Positions 50,901 to 59,951 are shown, counted from the first letter of the stretch. The stretch: DNA of 64,000 bases from a virus (IMGVR_UViG_3300033120_000868:32001-96000), one strand, 5' to 3'. Made by a program: numbers and translations. Notes: a model not told the origin generated them from the sequence alone.

Positions 50901-53637
50901 AGATGCTAAGTATAGAGACATAGGTTTAACTTTTGGAAAGTATGCAGGACAAGAATCTTTATTTGATTTAAGTACTTTTTTACCTGCAAAAACAGGTGCA
51001 GATGGTAAGAACCCTAAAAATTTCACAGATGAGGAGTTTAGGGATATTGCTAATAGCTTATCAGAAGGTAAGTTACCTAGCTTTTTAAATTTATCTCCGC
51101 AAACTTCTACAAATTATGCAAATTTAACAGAAGATGGAGAAGGAAACTTTGTATTTTACCATGTAGGAGGTAAAGGATATGATGTAATAAAAAGAGGTAC
51201 AGGACAAAACACAGCAACAAGCAGAGAAGAAGCAACAGCTATAAACAGAGTAGGTGGAGTAGCAATGTATTATCCTGCTGAAAATGTTCAAGAGTCTATG
51301 TTTTCAGGAGAAGCTAAGTATTTAGTAAAAGTTCCTCAAGAGAAAGTTTACGACTTTAATAGAGACACTTTAAATTTATTAGACGAAGCTGAGCAAATGT
51401 TTAGAAAGCAGTTTCCTAATCAAGCTTTTGATAAAAACTCTAAGTTAGCTTTTGTAACTAAAATCGCTAATGAAAAAGGATTTGATGCAGTTGTAGCTAA
51501 TTGGGATAATACAACAAGAGTTCAAACAACTAAAGAGTTGAAACCTTTAGATGAGCAAATTACAGAAGGTAATAAAATTGTTAAAGATTTTTCCGCCGAA
51601 AATAAATTTAAATCAAATAAAGATAAAGGTTGGCAAGTTGTCCCAACAGTTATGCAAAGCAAGCTATTAAAAGACGTATATGATAAAATAGATACTTTAG
51701 TAGGAAACGACTTTTCAAATCCTTTGTATAGAGTTAGAGAAATGGCAGGGTATACTTTTGAAGACAGATTTGCACCATTTAAATCTCAAGATGAGATAAC
51801 GGATGTAGTAGAAAAATCAGACCTTCCTCAAGAAGTGAAAGATGAGTACAATCAAGCAGTTAACTCCAAAGACAAGCTAGGATATTCAAAATTGACTAAA
51901 AAACCTTCTTTAAAGATAGACATAAGAGAAGTTAACGGAAGATTAGTTGTTGAAACTTTAGTAAATGAGACTAAAGCAGGTGCGTTGAGAATGTTGCCTT
52001 ATGAAGATGGTTATAAAGTAGAGTCAGTTATAGTGTACGATAAGTATCAAAATAGACGTTTGGGGACACGATTGTATCAAGAAGCTATAAAGTTTCTATT
52101 GAAGAGTCAAACTCCTTTATACTCTCTTAAAGTACGTAGTGAAAATGCTAAAAAGATTTGGGACAAGTTTGTAGAAATAGGTGTGGCTCAAAAAGTAGGT
52201 GAAGATTATATTGCACCAAATAAAGGAGGATTGGATAAGAACAATGAGGCAAATCCTTCTGATGTAATGCAATATGCAAACACAACAGATGAAAAACTGT
52301 CAAAAGAAGAAACAGCAGAAGCTATCGACTTAACAGTTTCTTTAGGAGTTGAATCAAGCCAAGAAGCTGTAGCTATTTTAAAGGATACGTTCTTAGAAAA
52401 CAACTCTTTTGTGTTTGATAAAAAGAAAATGAAAAAATCAGGGTTTAATGATTATGAAATTACAAAGATATTAGTTGATGTAAATTTACAGAATCAAATT
52501 AAGAACAACTTGGCAAAATTAGAGAACATGGATTTTTCTGTACCTCTAATGGACGTTCAAACAACACCTGAAATTGGAATTTTTGGAAAACAAAAAGTAA
52601 AACCGAAAGTTAAAACTGTAAATGTAAAAACAGTAAACGAACAAGGAGAAGTAATAGATAAAGTTTCAGATACAAAAGAGTTATTAAGAAAAACTTATCC
52701 TGATACTTTACCAACAGAAATTCCACAAATAATAAGTAGTCTTTTAAAAGCTTCTGAAAGTGTAGTTAATAAGTATAATGATTTATTTTATAATACTTTA
52801 GATGATTTAAAAGATGTTGCTTTAGATTTAGGTGTAGATTTAAAAGATATTGAGAATAGAGTGTTTCCTTTAGAAAACTTTAAATCTTTTGTAAACTCTT
52901 TAATGAATTATTATACAAATCCAAGTGATGCTTTTGCTGAAGTTTATGATGAGTTTTTTGAGAATTATGGCGTGGAAAAAGCTACTAAACCAACAATATC
53001 AACTCCATATACAGAATATGAGTTATTTGATAAATTCAATTTAGTAAGAAACGGAGACGAATATGTTAAAGTTGAAGATGTAGAAATCGAACCGTCTGCT
53101 GAAAGACAAGCTAAAATTCCACAATTAGAAGTAGAAGATTTTGCTGTTGATTTTGATAAATTAGAGAAATTAGTTTATCATAAAGAGCAGTTAGGAGTTG
53201 AAATGAAAACTTTACAGAAGCCTTTAGTTGAAGAGATTAATCTTAGAGAAGTTAAGAAAAATCCTTACTTAAAAGCAACTTCTGAAGGTGTAAAATTAGT
53301 AAGCGAAGACCCTCTAACAGCTCAAAAAGCAGAGTTATATGGGTACGAGCCAAAAGTGGCGGAAAAACAACCTAAAAAGATAGAAACAGATTATTCTTTA
53401 ATCCAAGATGTATTAGTAACACAACTAACTTCCGAAAATAAAGTAAGAACACCAAAAGGTAACTTTACTAAATTTATGGACGACAATAATAAATCAGTGT
53501 TTTTATTAGACGGTTCAAAACAAAGTACAGTAGATTTAGAAGGATATTTATCTAAAGCGGACAACACACCAAAAATCGAGGCTAAAAAATTATACTCAAA
53601 AGAAGAATATGAAAATAATTTTGGATGTTTAAATTAA
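47911..53637 (+). CDS. Giant internal virion protein 2, polyvalent (EIQSD module, zincin, SAM-lyase-like, ART-like, GNAT)
   Basis: NEIQSDW, HEFNH, GQESLFDL, VFYH...KGFDAV, KYQNRRLGTRLYQ; no polymerase DFDxD motif. Confidence 0.75.
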   Translation: MNCRIIYKDSKIDHVQAENGERSILFDSLKDIFGAEKALELYALTEEDGYKQKIQEKVRSFVGVTEKQIDKLSEAIDAQETLNKLVETGLADNVYQMTSEEIEAKLVELGVEADVAKQVAQSGGYYSNANTAFANLKDKNVKNVQGWMKALTDVQKNGGIKNVNQELEWIGLEDYLNNYVKENNPKAGNIPSSVVEDYIKSNQIEIVDVTKGNNIVQQEIEDNSKRLDFIINELDNKYLFDESGNRVHYIKDENLPKEAVALIIEREELKKRNRELLKLNQKDTKYSGYQLKGAENYREVLLTVPKIGQEKNRQNQIDFVDSLKKKYNVNTVIDLDKVVNDEERTKWEELTTKANISPEKDNKYFSSHWEEANILAHVRLNEKTLPDGRKVLIVNEIQSDWAQQGRKEGFKRTKQAQNELIAEHRKVLQDLEELDVQIIDAVDNKKPNILELGEKKAELIKKSDELRSDIFKPRAPQMPYKNTDQWTGIVVRRVMQMASQEGYDGIAFATGQQSADMYSLSNQVEVLYYKKNEDGTYEVDADLKNGDNRNIGESVTEDKLADYVGKEVANKIIAGEGTNSPSRMDEGYKFLKGLELEVGGEGMKTFYDKIVPKVVQKEAQRFDKNAKLETVDFSDNFTFSKKELDDYTNYLLNKYNLDKTGRYRILIGKNATTEEVAKYKNLLENFRKDNDSKTSQGDKLSLGVQPYLPLTQAIKDSVNQGIPQFQKSGITPITNGFIYKNDVYLNKNADESTMVHEFNHLYNNWLKQNRPEVYKKGLDLIKEELKKKNSEIQDIINFVKTNQPKLEGDALLEEIITEMVGRKGLELLNEQKDKVKSSGIIDYLKQVWQEIKNMLGLSSYTDEQILNMNLQDFANASAVDLLSGENIGRFSTDSNDIRFSQTIPTFKGNADIERIKKLNKKGNEDGATFNLDGSTYDKGGLIIPVISLNTTQKELSKELIEKFIQENSSKIGADNIKVGIFKFEDSNEVSIDLNVVVDAKYRDIGLTFGKYAGQESLFDLSTFLPAKTGADGKNPKNFTDEEFRDIANSLSEGKLPSFLNLSPQTSTNYANLTEDGEGNFVFYHVGGKGYDVIKRGTGQNTATSREEATAINRVGGVAMYYPAENVQESMFSGEAKYLVKVPQEKVYDFNRDTLNLLDEAEQMFRKQFPNQAFDKNSKLAFVTKIANEKGFDAVVANWDNTTRVQTTKELKPLDEQITEGNKIVKDFSAENKFKSNKDKGWQVVPTVMQSKLLKDVYDKIDTLVGNDFSNPLYRVREMAGYTFEDRFAPFKSQDEITDVVEKSDLPQEVKDEYNQAVNSKDKLGYSKLTKKPSLKIDIREVNGRLVVETLVNETKAGALRMLPYEDGYKVESVIVYDKYQNRRLGTRLYQEAIKFLLKSQTPLYSLKVRSENAKKIWDKFVEIGVAQKVGEDYIAPNKGGLDKNNEANPSDVMQYANTTDEKLSKEETAEAIDLTVSLGVESSQEAVAILKDTFLENNSFVFDKKKMKKSGFNDYEITKILVDVNLQNQIKNNLAKLENMDFSVPLMDVQTTPEIGIFGKQKVKPKVKTVNVKTVNEQGEVIDKVSDTKELLRKTYPDTLPTEIPQIISSLLKASESVVNKYNDLFYNTLDDLKDVALDLGVDLKDIENRVFPLENFKSFVNSLMNYYTNPSDAFAEVYDEFFENYGVEKATKPTISTPYTEYELFDKFNLVRNGDEYVKVEDVEIEPSAERQAKIPQLEVEDFAVDFDKLEKLVYHKEQLGVEMKTLQKPLVEEINLREVKKNPYLKATSEGVKLVSEDPLTAQKAELYGYEPKVAEKQPKKIETDYSLIQDVLVTQLTSENKVRTPKGNFTKFMDDNNKSVFLLDGSKQSTVDLEGYLSKADNTPKIEAKKLYSKEEYENNFGCLN

Positions 53638-53643
53638 TTTTCA

Positions 53644-53651
53644 TATCTTTG
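53644..53651 (+). promoter_or_regulatory. -7 promoter box
   Basis: TATCTTTG ending 28 nt before ATG; TTTG about 24 nt upstream. Confidence 0.55.
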
Positions 53652-53678
53652 CAAAATAAAATAACAAAAATAATATAA

Positions 53679-56600
53679 ATGGCTTGTAAATTAGTATACA
53701 ACAATGAAGGACAATTTGTGAAGGCTCTAACTCCTGATGGGAGAGAGTCTTCCTTATTTAAACAAATTTTAAGTATTCCGCACATTAGAAGTGTAAAGGA
53801 AGCTTCTGAACTATATGCAAATATTTTCTCTAAGAAAATGTATTCTATTATGGGAGAAAAAGGAGCTCAAAACTTAGATAAAGCTCAAGAAGTTACATTC
53901 CGTATGGATAATCTTCGTATTGCTAAAGAAATGGAGAAAGAAAATAAATCTCCAAAAGAAATAAAATTAGCAACGGGGTGGGAAAGAAGTGAAGTAGATA
54001 ATAAATTCAGGTATGAGATTTTAGACGGAAGTTTTTCTAATTTAAATTATGAAAGAAATCAACCTCATGGTACTTTTACAAACGGAGTAGGTGTCTTACC
54101 TTTATCTGAAATATATCAAAATAAGGAACTATTTGACGCTTATCCAAATATAGAAAATAGTTCTGTAGTCATATACTCAACAGATAACCCTGTATTTGAC
54201 CAAGCTACTATGTTTAATTTTCAAAATACTATATTTATAAATGAAAGAAAATCAATTACCACAAATACCGAAGGACTTCATACCCTCACCAACCAGGGGA
54301 GAAGAGTATTATTACACGAATTATCCCACTCTGTTCAAAATATTGAAGGATTTGGAAGAGGAGATAATCCTGCAACAATGGCAACAAGAATTAAAGATGC
54401 CCTTAATGAATTTAAAAGCGAGAATAAGACAGTTGATGAAATAAAGCCAAATACTATTTTAAACACTTTAAAAAATATAGGTGTTGACTTTTCTTTTGGA
54501 TTAGATGATTTTTCTATAGACTATATAGCACAGAATTATTCTGAAGACTTATACGAAAGAGTTTCAGGAGAAGTTGAAGCAAATAACGTATCAAAAAGAT
54601 TTGGAATGAGTTTAGAAGAAAGAAGAAATTCCCTTTTTTCAGAGACACAAGACGTATCTACAGAAGACCAAATATTTTTAGAAAATAATTTAGGAGTGAG
54701 TTCAAAAGTAGAACCACAACTAAACTTCCAATCAGATAAAGGAAATACATTCAAAACTTTCAAAGAAGCTTTAAAAGATTCTACAGGAGGTGATATGAAC
54801 GTGTTATTTGATGACCAAGTAGTTGGAGTAATTAACAGTGAGCAAAATTTAGATACTTTTGGAGGAACAGTAAACCATTTAATTGCAAGTAATATTTTAT
54901 CAGAAAACACTATTGTAGAAAACGGTAAAGTTTATTTAAAAGCAGAAGGTTTTGACCCTCTAAAACAACTTATTAATGAAGACTACTTAAAAGAATATTT
55001 CCCACTATCAAAAATTACAAGAGACGGTAAAGTGGAAGTATTAGAAAGAGTAGAACCTTCTGTTATTAGAGATGTATTTAGGACTTTCTCGCCAAGTGAA
55101 GGACAACTTTCGGAAGAAACATTAAAAGACAGAATGTTAAATTTCTTAAAAGAGGTTGGCATCACTGTAACTTCTATTGATAATTATGTAAAAGCTTATA
55201 AGATTAGAAATGGTGTTGCACCAGGAGCTGAAGCTATTGCAGACTTTGCTAATCAAGTAATTGCGTTTAAAGATGGAGAAATAGAAATTGACAAACTTTC
55301 AGAAGAAACAGCTCACTTTATTATTGAGAATTGGGATGAAGCTGAGATTAGAAATCTTACACGTAATATTCACAAAACTCAAACTTTTGCTGAGTTCTAT
55401 CAACAATATTATGAGATTTATCAAAGAGAGAATCCTGAAATGTCTGCCGAAGAATTAGATTTTTTCACAAGAAAAGAAATTTTAGGAAAAGAGTTAGCAA
55501 AAAGTTTACAAGATAGATTTGATGCTACAAATAAAGAGCCTAACATTCTTAAAAGAATTTATGAACTTTTTGCTAAATTTATCAGTAGTTTAACAACTCA
55601 AGGTAATTATAAAGCTCAGTTAGAAGATTTAACTGAGAAGGTTGATGATTTATTATTAAGAAAAGATGCAGGAGCTGTTTTTCAATTGAAAAATAAAAAG
55701 TTTAGAATGTACTCATTGCCTCAAACTAATGTAGTTAAGGCGGTAGCGGAACAAGAAAAACTTTTAGCAAGAACAGGGCAAGGCTCTAATAAAACAGCAA
55801 AAGAGGTTTTGGATAGCGTTTCAAAAGCCGCGGAAAAAGCTACAACGGATAGTGTAGTTACTTTAGCTAAAAGACAGGTAAAATATGTTAAAGAAGCCGT
55901 AGATGCAGCCGTTAGAAGAGGAAGACCTCTTTCAACAGAAGAGTCATTAGTTTTAAACAACTTAACTCATGCGGTTAGACCTGCTTTAGAAGGATTACAA
56001 GCTTTTATAAAGAATAAGTCGGAATATAAAAAACAAGCAGACGTAGTTGAAAAAACTTTATCTGAGATTTCTATGATTTCAGGCTCTTATAATAACGCGG
56101 AAAACAATTTAGTAGACCAATTATTAGACAGAATTATTGAAAGAAATCCTGGATTAGAAAGTAAAAGAGACCAATTAAAAGCAGAAATAGAAACAGTACA
56201 AAGGGATACTAATTACATGTATTCTTACTTTGGACAGGTTTCTCACGCTTCTGACCCAATTCTACAAATGTTAGCTGTTGTAGGTAGTGATATTTACAAT
56301 GAAGCGAGGATAAACTATAACGAGCGTCAAATGGCGTTTAATAGAAAAATAAAAGAACTAGGATTTGTAGAAAGAGATGTGAACAAGTTAGTTGGCAGTG
56401 ATGGTCATATTATCTCTAAGTGGGATTTTGAAGAATTTGCAGAATTTGAAAGATATGCAAGAGGTAAAGCTTATTTAGATAATGTTGATGCTATTATAGC
56501 AGATTTAGAATCAAGACCTGTAGAAAACCAAGATAATTTAGAAGAGCATAAAGCTTATAAAGCAATGTCTCAAGAAGAGTTTTTAGAAAAATTTGAATAT

Positions 56601-59600
56601 TTCCCTGCAATTACAAATAAAGTTTTGGCAGCAAGAACTTCAGCTCAAGCAACAGAGATTATAAATCAAGGAGAAGAAACTACTTTATCAGACGAAGAAG
56701 TACAAAAGAGAATTACAAACAATGCAAATTTAAGTGATGTAACTAAAGCTACAATAAGAGGCTTTATGGAGACAAGAGCTATGATTCGTAAAAACATGAA
56801 AACTTCTTCTTCAGGCACTAAAATTTATACGTTACAGAACAGACACGATATGGAGTATTTGAATATGGAGCGTAGAAAAGCTATGTCAATTTATAAGACA
56901 GAAAACGCTAAGGAAGTTAAGCAAGGACTATCCACTTCAACTGCCAAAATTGGGCAAGAAAATTTATTTTTAGAAATTGAAAATCAGTATTTAAATTTAG
57001 ATAGAGCTAACGCGTCGGATGAAGCAATTATAGCTTTTGAAATGCTAAGACAGCAGAAAGAGTTCATGTCTAAAAACACTTCAAGACTTTCAGGAGTTAC
57101 AGAAAAATTCATGCAGGATTTAGAAGATATGGAAAAAGACCCTGAAGTGACAAGAGAAGATTTAATAGATTTTATTAAACTTAACACTTCTGTAGGGTTT
57201 TCTGATTCATTTTTTGAAGGGGAATTTACTTCTGTTTTTGATACAATAGAGAATGATGTAAATACACCTGATGAGTTACAAGACACTTTAATTTTATATA
57301 AGGAAGCTTTAAAAGAAAGAAAAGCTATTTTAGCTAGGTATAGAGACCCAAACAATGCAACAAATGTTTTGACCCATAACATGAATGATTTAGATTTGTA
57401 TAACCTTGAACAACTTACAATAGAGTTAGAGGGACAAACTAAAACATTACTGGACTATGCTAAAAAACAAGGATTAACTTCAGAGCAAGCAGAAAAAAGA
57501 ACAGTAAAAGCTCCAAATGAGTCTTATTATGAGGAATTGAAAACTCAAAATTTAGAAGATTTTGAAGATATATACAGTTTTACTATAAAACACATGACTC
57601 CAAAAGCTAAAATGGCTGTAGGGGCGTATAAATTAGCAATTGAATCAGGGAATATTCCTGAAAGAATGGAGTCTTTAGTTGTAGAATATGGGGCTAATGA
57701 AGAAGGTATTTTAAAATATGCTCAATCTAAAATGCTACCATATTACAGTTCAAATTCTCCTATAGGATTAGTAGAGTTTTATGACAATTTAAGAAATTCT
57801 CAAACAGCAGTTTCTGACCTTGTAAAAGGGTTAGATGCAGACCCTGATGTAAGACTTTCAGTTTCTTATGATTATTCTGATAGTACTTCTGATGAAGCTT
57901 TAAATAAATTTAAAGACCCTGATTTTAGAGCCAACACAAGAGAGCCGTCTTTAAGAAAACCTGCTCCTACAGTATTTGGAAAAACATTCGATTTTAATAA
58001 TAAGGAGTATAGTAAATTAACTCCTCAATTATTAGAATTGCAAAAAGCTTACTTAGACTTTCAAGAAGAAAATTTAAAAGGTTATGGTGTAGAAGCAAAT
58101 TATAATATATATAAACTACCTCAAGTAGAAAGAGCAAATTTAGATAAGCTTAAAGGGTTTGGTAAAGACACAAAAGCTACTTTTAAGGAGTATGTGGAAA
58201 GGATAACAACTCATAGAGTAGATGAGCAGGATTTTGGAGCAGATAGAGAAATGTTTAATGCGGGTATAAAAACAATACCTAAAAAATATTTAAGTAAATT
58301 AAACAAAGAAGAAGTATCGACAGATTTATTATATTCTTCAGCTTTACTTGCACAACAAGTAGAATTATATAAAGCAAGAGTTAAATATTTTGGAGAAATT
58401 TCAGCTTTAGAGAAGAAGTTACAGTCAAGACAGTTTATTGGAGGAAAACCTGTACAATCTTCAAATACTTATGCTATGTTTAAGTCGGCTGTAGACAATA
58501 TGATGTTTGGAATACAAGAGACTCAACAGATGAGAGTTAGCGTTCCAATTTTAAATAAGGAGGTAGACTTATCTAAGGTTTTAAGAACCTTGCAAAGATA
58601 CGTATCTAATCTGAGTTTAGCATTTAATCCTATTGTACCAGCAACTTCCATGCTAACAGCTATGTCAGCTTATGTAGCTGAACCATTTATAAAACAGTAT
58701 ATAGACCCTGAAAGTTACAAGAAAGGGTCTATGACAGCTAAAAAATGGATGGGAGCAAGTATGAAGGATACAGGAAGTATTGATGTAAAATCGGATGCTG
58801 TAGCTGTAGGAAATCATTTTGGTATTTTTGATTTAGCTCAAAGGTATAAGAATGCAAATTATGAAAAGTTTGTGAGAACAGCAGTTGGTAACGCTTCTTA
58901 TGGATTACACACAGTAGGTAATTTTATACCGCTAACTCAAGCTGTCGCAGTAACGCTTACAGCGCATAGATTTAGTAATAATAAATTAATTACAAGAAAA
59001 GAGTTTGCAGGAACAGATGTTGAATGGGGCAGATTAAAAAGTGTAGCTGATTACATAGAAAATAGTAATGGGGAGATGACTTACAACTCAGAAATGTTAA
59101 GAGAAAACGGCATAACACCTGAACAGTGGAAAAACATTGAGTTAGGGCTTATGTCAAGAGTTGGTAAGATTGTTGAACGAATTGATGGGCAGATTAAAAC
59201 TCAAGATAGAACAGTAGCGCAAAGAAATTTCTTACTGTCTTGGAGTATGCTTCATAAGGGGTGGTTAGCAATCGGTACAGCTAATGCTTTTAAAGGAAAG
59301 CAGATTAATATGTTAACAGGTCAAGTTGAGCAAGGAAAATATACAGGAGCATTAAGTTGGGCGATGAAATCAGCAGGTCAAAAATTTAATATTAAGAATA
59401 TTAAAGATAAGTACGGAGAAGTAGATGAGGCTGATAAAGTTTCAGCAAGAAGAGTTTTAGTAGAGTCAGGGGTTTTAATGATATTAACTATTTTAGGATT
59501 TTTTATAGCGGCAGGTGCTGACGACGATGAAGAAAGTACAACAAAACAGCTTGCAAATTATTTAGCTTTAAGAACTAAAAATGAAACAATTTCTTCTCAA

Positions 59601-59918
59601 GCAGGTATTATTGGGGAGATATACAAATCTTTAGCATCCCCTTTAGTAGGACTTTCAAGAGTTAAAAATATTGCTACTTTTTGGCACGTATTTGATTCAG
59701 ACGAAGTAAAGACAGGCAGATATGCAGGATTAACAGGTACTGAACAATATATAATTCAAGCTATTCCTGGTTTAAAAGCTGCTTATGATGTAGCTTCACC
59801 TAAGAATATTAAAACACAAGCGAACACTTATGACCATTTTAATAAAGAAAACGAGGTATTTAACATATTCAGTGTTATGTTAAACGAAATTGAAGAAGAA
59901 GACGAGAATGAAGAGTAA
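53679..59918 (+). CDS. Giant internal virion protein 3 (LPD23-like + zincin, degenerate zincin, C-terminal TM)
   Basis: AKEM...IKLATGWE...KFRYEI, LLHELSHSVQNIEGF...GEVEA, EETAH, GVLMILTILGFFIAAG. Confidence 0.75.
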   Translation: MACKLVYNNEGQFVKALTPDGRESSLFKQILSIPHIRSVKEASELYANIFSKKMYSIMGEKGAQNLDKAQEVTFRMDNLRIAKEMEKENKSPKEIKLATGWERSEVDNKFRYEILDGSFSNLNYERNQPHGTFTNGVGVLPLSEIYQNKELFDAYPNIENSSVVIYSTDNPVFDQATMFNFQNTIFINERKSITTNTEGLHTLTNQGRRVLLHELSHSVQNIEGFGRGDNPATMATRIKDALNEFKSENKTVDEIKPNTILNTLKNIGVDFSFGLDDFSIDYIAQNYSEDLYERVSGEVEANNVSKRFGMSLEERRNSLFSETQDVSTEDQIFLENNLGVSSKVEPQLNFQSDKGNTFKTFKEALKDSTGGDMNVLFDDQVVGVINSEQNLDTFGGTVNHLIASNILSENTIVENGKVYLKAEGFDPLKQLINEDYLKEYFPLSKITRDGKVEVLERVEPSVIRDVFRTFSPSEGQLSEETLKDRMLNFLKEVGITVTSIDNYVKAYKIRNGVAPGAEAIADFANQVIAFKDGEIEIDKLSEETAHFIIENWDEAEIRNLTRNIHKTQTFAEFYQQYYEIYQRENPEMSAEELDFFTRKEILGKELAKSLQDRFDATNKEPNILKRIYELFAKFISSLTTQGNYKAQLEDLTEKVDDLLLRKDAGAVFQLKNKKFRMYSLPQTNVVKAVAEQEKLLARTGQGSNKTAKEVLDSVSKAAEKATTDSVVTLAKRQVKYVKEAVDAAVRRGRPLSTEESLVLNNLTHAVRPALEGLQAFIKNKSEYKKQADVVEKTLSEISMISGSYNNAENNLVDQLLDRIIERNPGLESKRDQLKAEIETVQRDTNYMYSYFGQVSHASDPILQMLAVVGSDIYNEARINYNERQMAFNRKIKELGFVERDVNKLVGSDGHIISKWDFEEFAEFERYARGKAYLDNVDAIIADLESRPVENQDNLEEHKAYKAMSQEEFLEKFEYFPAITNKVLAARTSAQATEIINQGEETTLSDEEVQKRITNNANLSDVTKATIRGFMETRAMIRKNMKTSSSGTKIYTLQNRHDMEYLNMERRKAMSIYKTENAKEVKQGLSTSTAKIGQENLFLEIENQYLNLDRANASDEAIIAFEMLRQQKEFMSKNTSRLSGVTEKFMQDLEDMEKDPEVTREDLIDFIKLNTSVGFSDSFFEGEFTSVFDTIENDVNTPDELQDTLILYKEALKERKAILARYRDPNNATNVLTHNMNDLDLYNLEQLTIELEGQTKTLLDYAKKQGLTSEQAEKRTVKAPNESYYEELKTQNLEDFEDIYSFTIKHMTPKAKMAVGAYKLAIESGNIPERMESLVVEYGANEEGILKYAQSKMLPYYSSNSPIGLVEFYDNLRNSQTAVSDLVKGLDADPDVRLSVSYDYSDSTSDEALNKFKDPDFRANTREPSLRKPAPTVFGKTFDFNNKEYSKLTPQLLELQKAYLDFQEENLKGYGVEANYNIYKLPQVERANLDKLKGFGKDTKATFKEYVERITTHRVDEQDFGADREMFNAGIKTIPKKYLSKLNKEEVSTDLLYSSALLAQQVELYKARVKYFGEISALEKKLQSRQFIGGKPVQSSNTYAMFKSAVDNMMFGIQETQQMRVSVPILNKEVDLSKVLRTLQRYVSNLSLAFNPIVPATSMLTAMSAYVAEPFIKQYIDPESYKKGSMTAKKWMGASMKDTGSIDVKSDAVAVGNHFGIFDLAQRYKNANYEKFVRTAVGNASYGLHTVGNFIPLTQAVAVTLTAHRFSNNKLITRKEFAGTDVEWGRLKSVADYIENSNGEMTYNSEMLRENGITPEQWKNIELGLMSRVGKIVERIDGQIKTQDRTVAQRNFLLSWSMLHKGWLAIGTANAFKGKQINMLTGQVEQGKYTGALSWAMKSAGQKFNIKNIKDKYGEVDEADKVSARRVLVESGVLMILTILGFFIAAGADDDEESTTKQLANYLALRTKNETISSQAGIIGEIYKSLASPLVGLSRVKNIATFWHVFDSDEVKTGRYAGLTGTEQYIIQAIPGLKAAYDVASPKNIKTQANTYDHFNKENEVFNIFSVMLNEIEEEDENEE

Positions 59919-59924
59919 GATTAA

Positions 59925-59951
59925 GGAGAGGCTAACAACCTCTCTTTTTTT
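59925..59951 (+). terminator. Terminator ending the virion module
   Basis: GGAGAGG-ctaacaa-CCTCTCT then T7. Confidence 0.85.

Noticed and set aside
53612-53651. Ninth TAACTAATTT-class promoter
   Set aside because: Best match AAAATAATTT has two mismatches and a 32-bp offset, and lies in coding sequence
4474-57382. Many short antisense and alternate-frame ORFs inside large genes
   Set aside because: Shadow frames of A-rich coding strand (Ser/Phe/Leu-rich), no promoters or motifs
3030-59918. Stop-codon reassignment as in some Crassvirales
   Set aside because: Genes are intact in the standard code, TAG and TGA end genes, and the tRNA anticodon is UUG, not a suppressor
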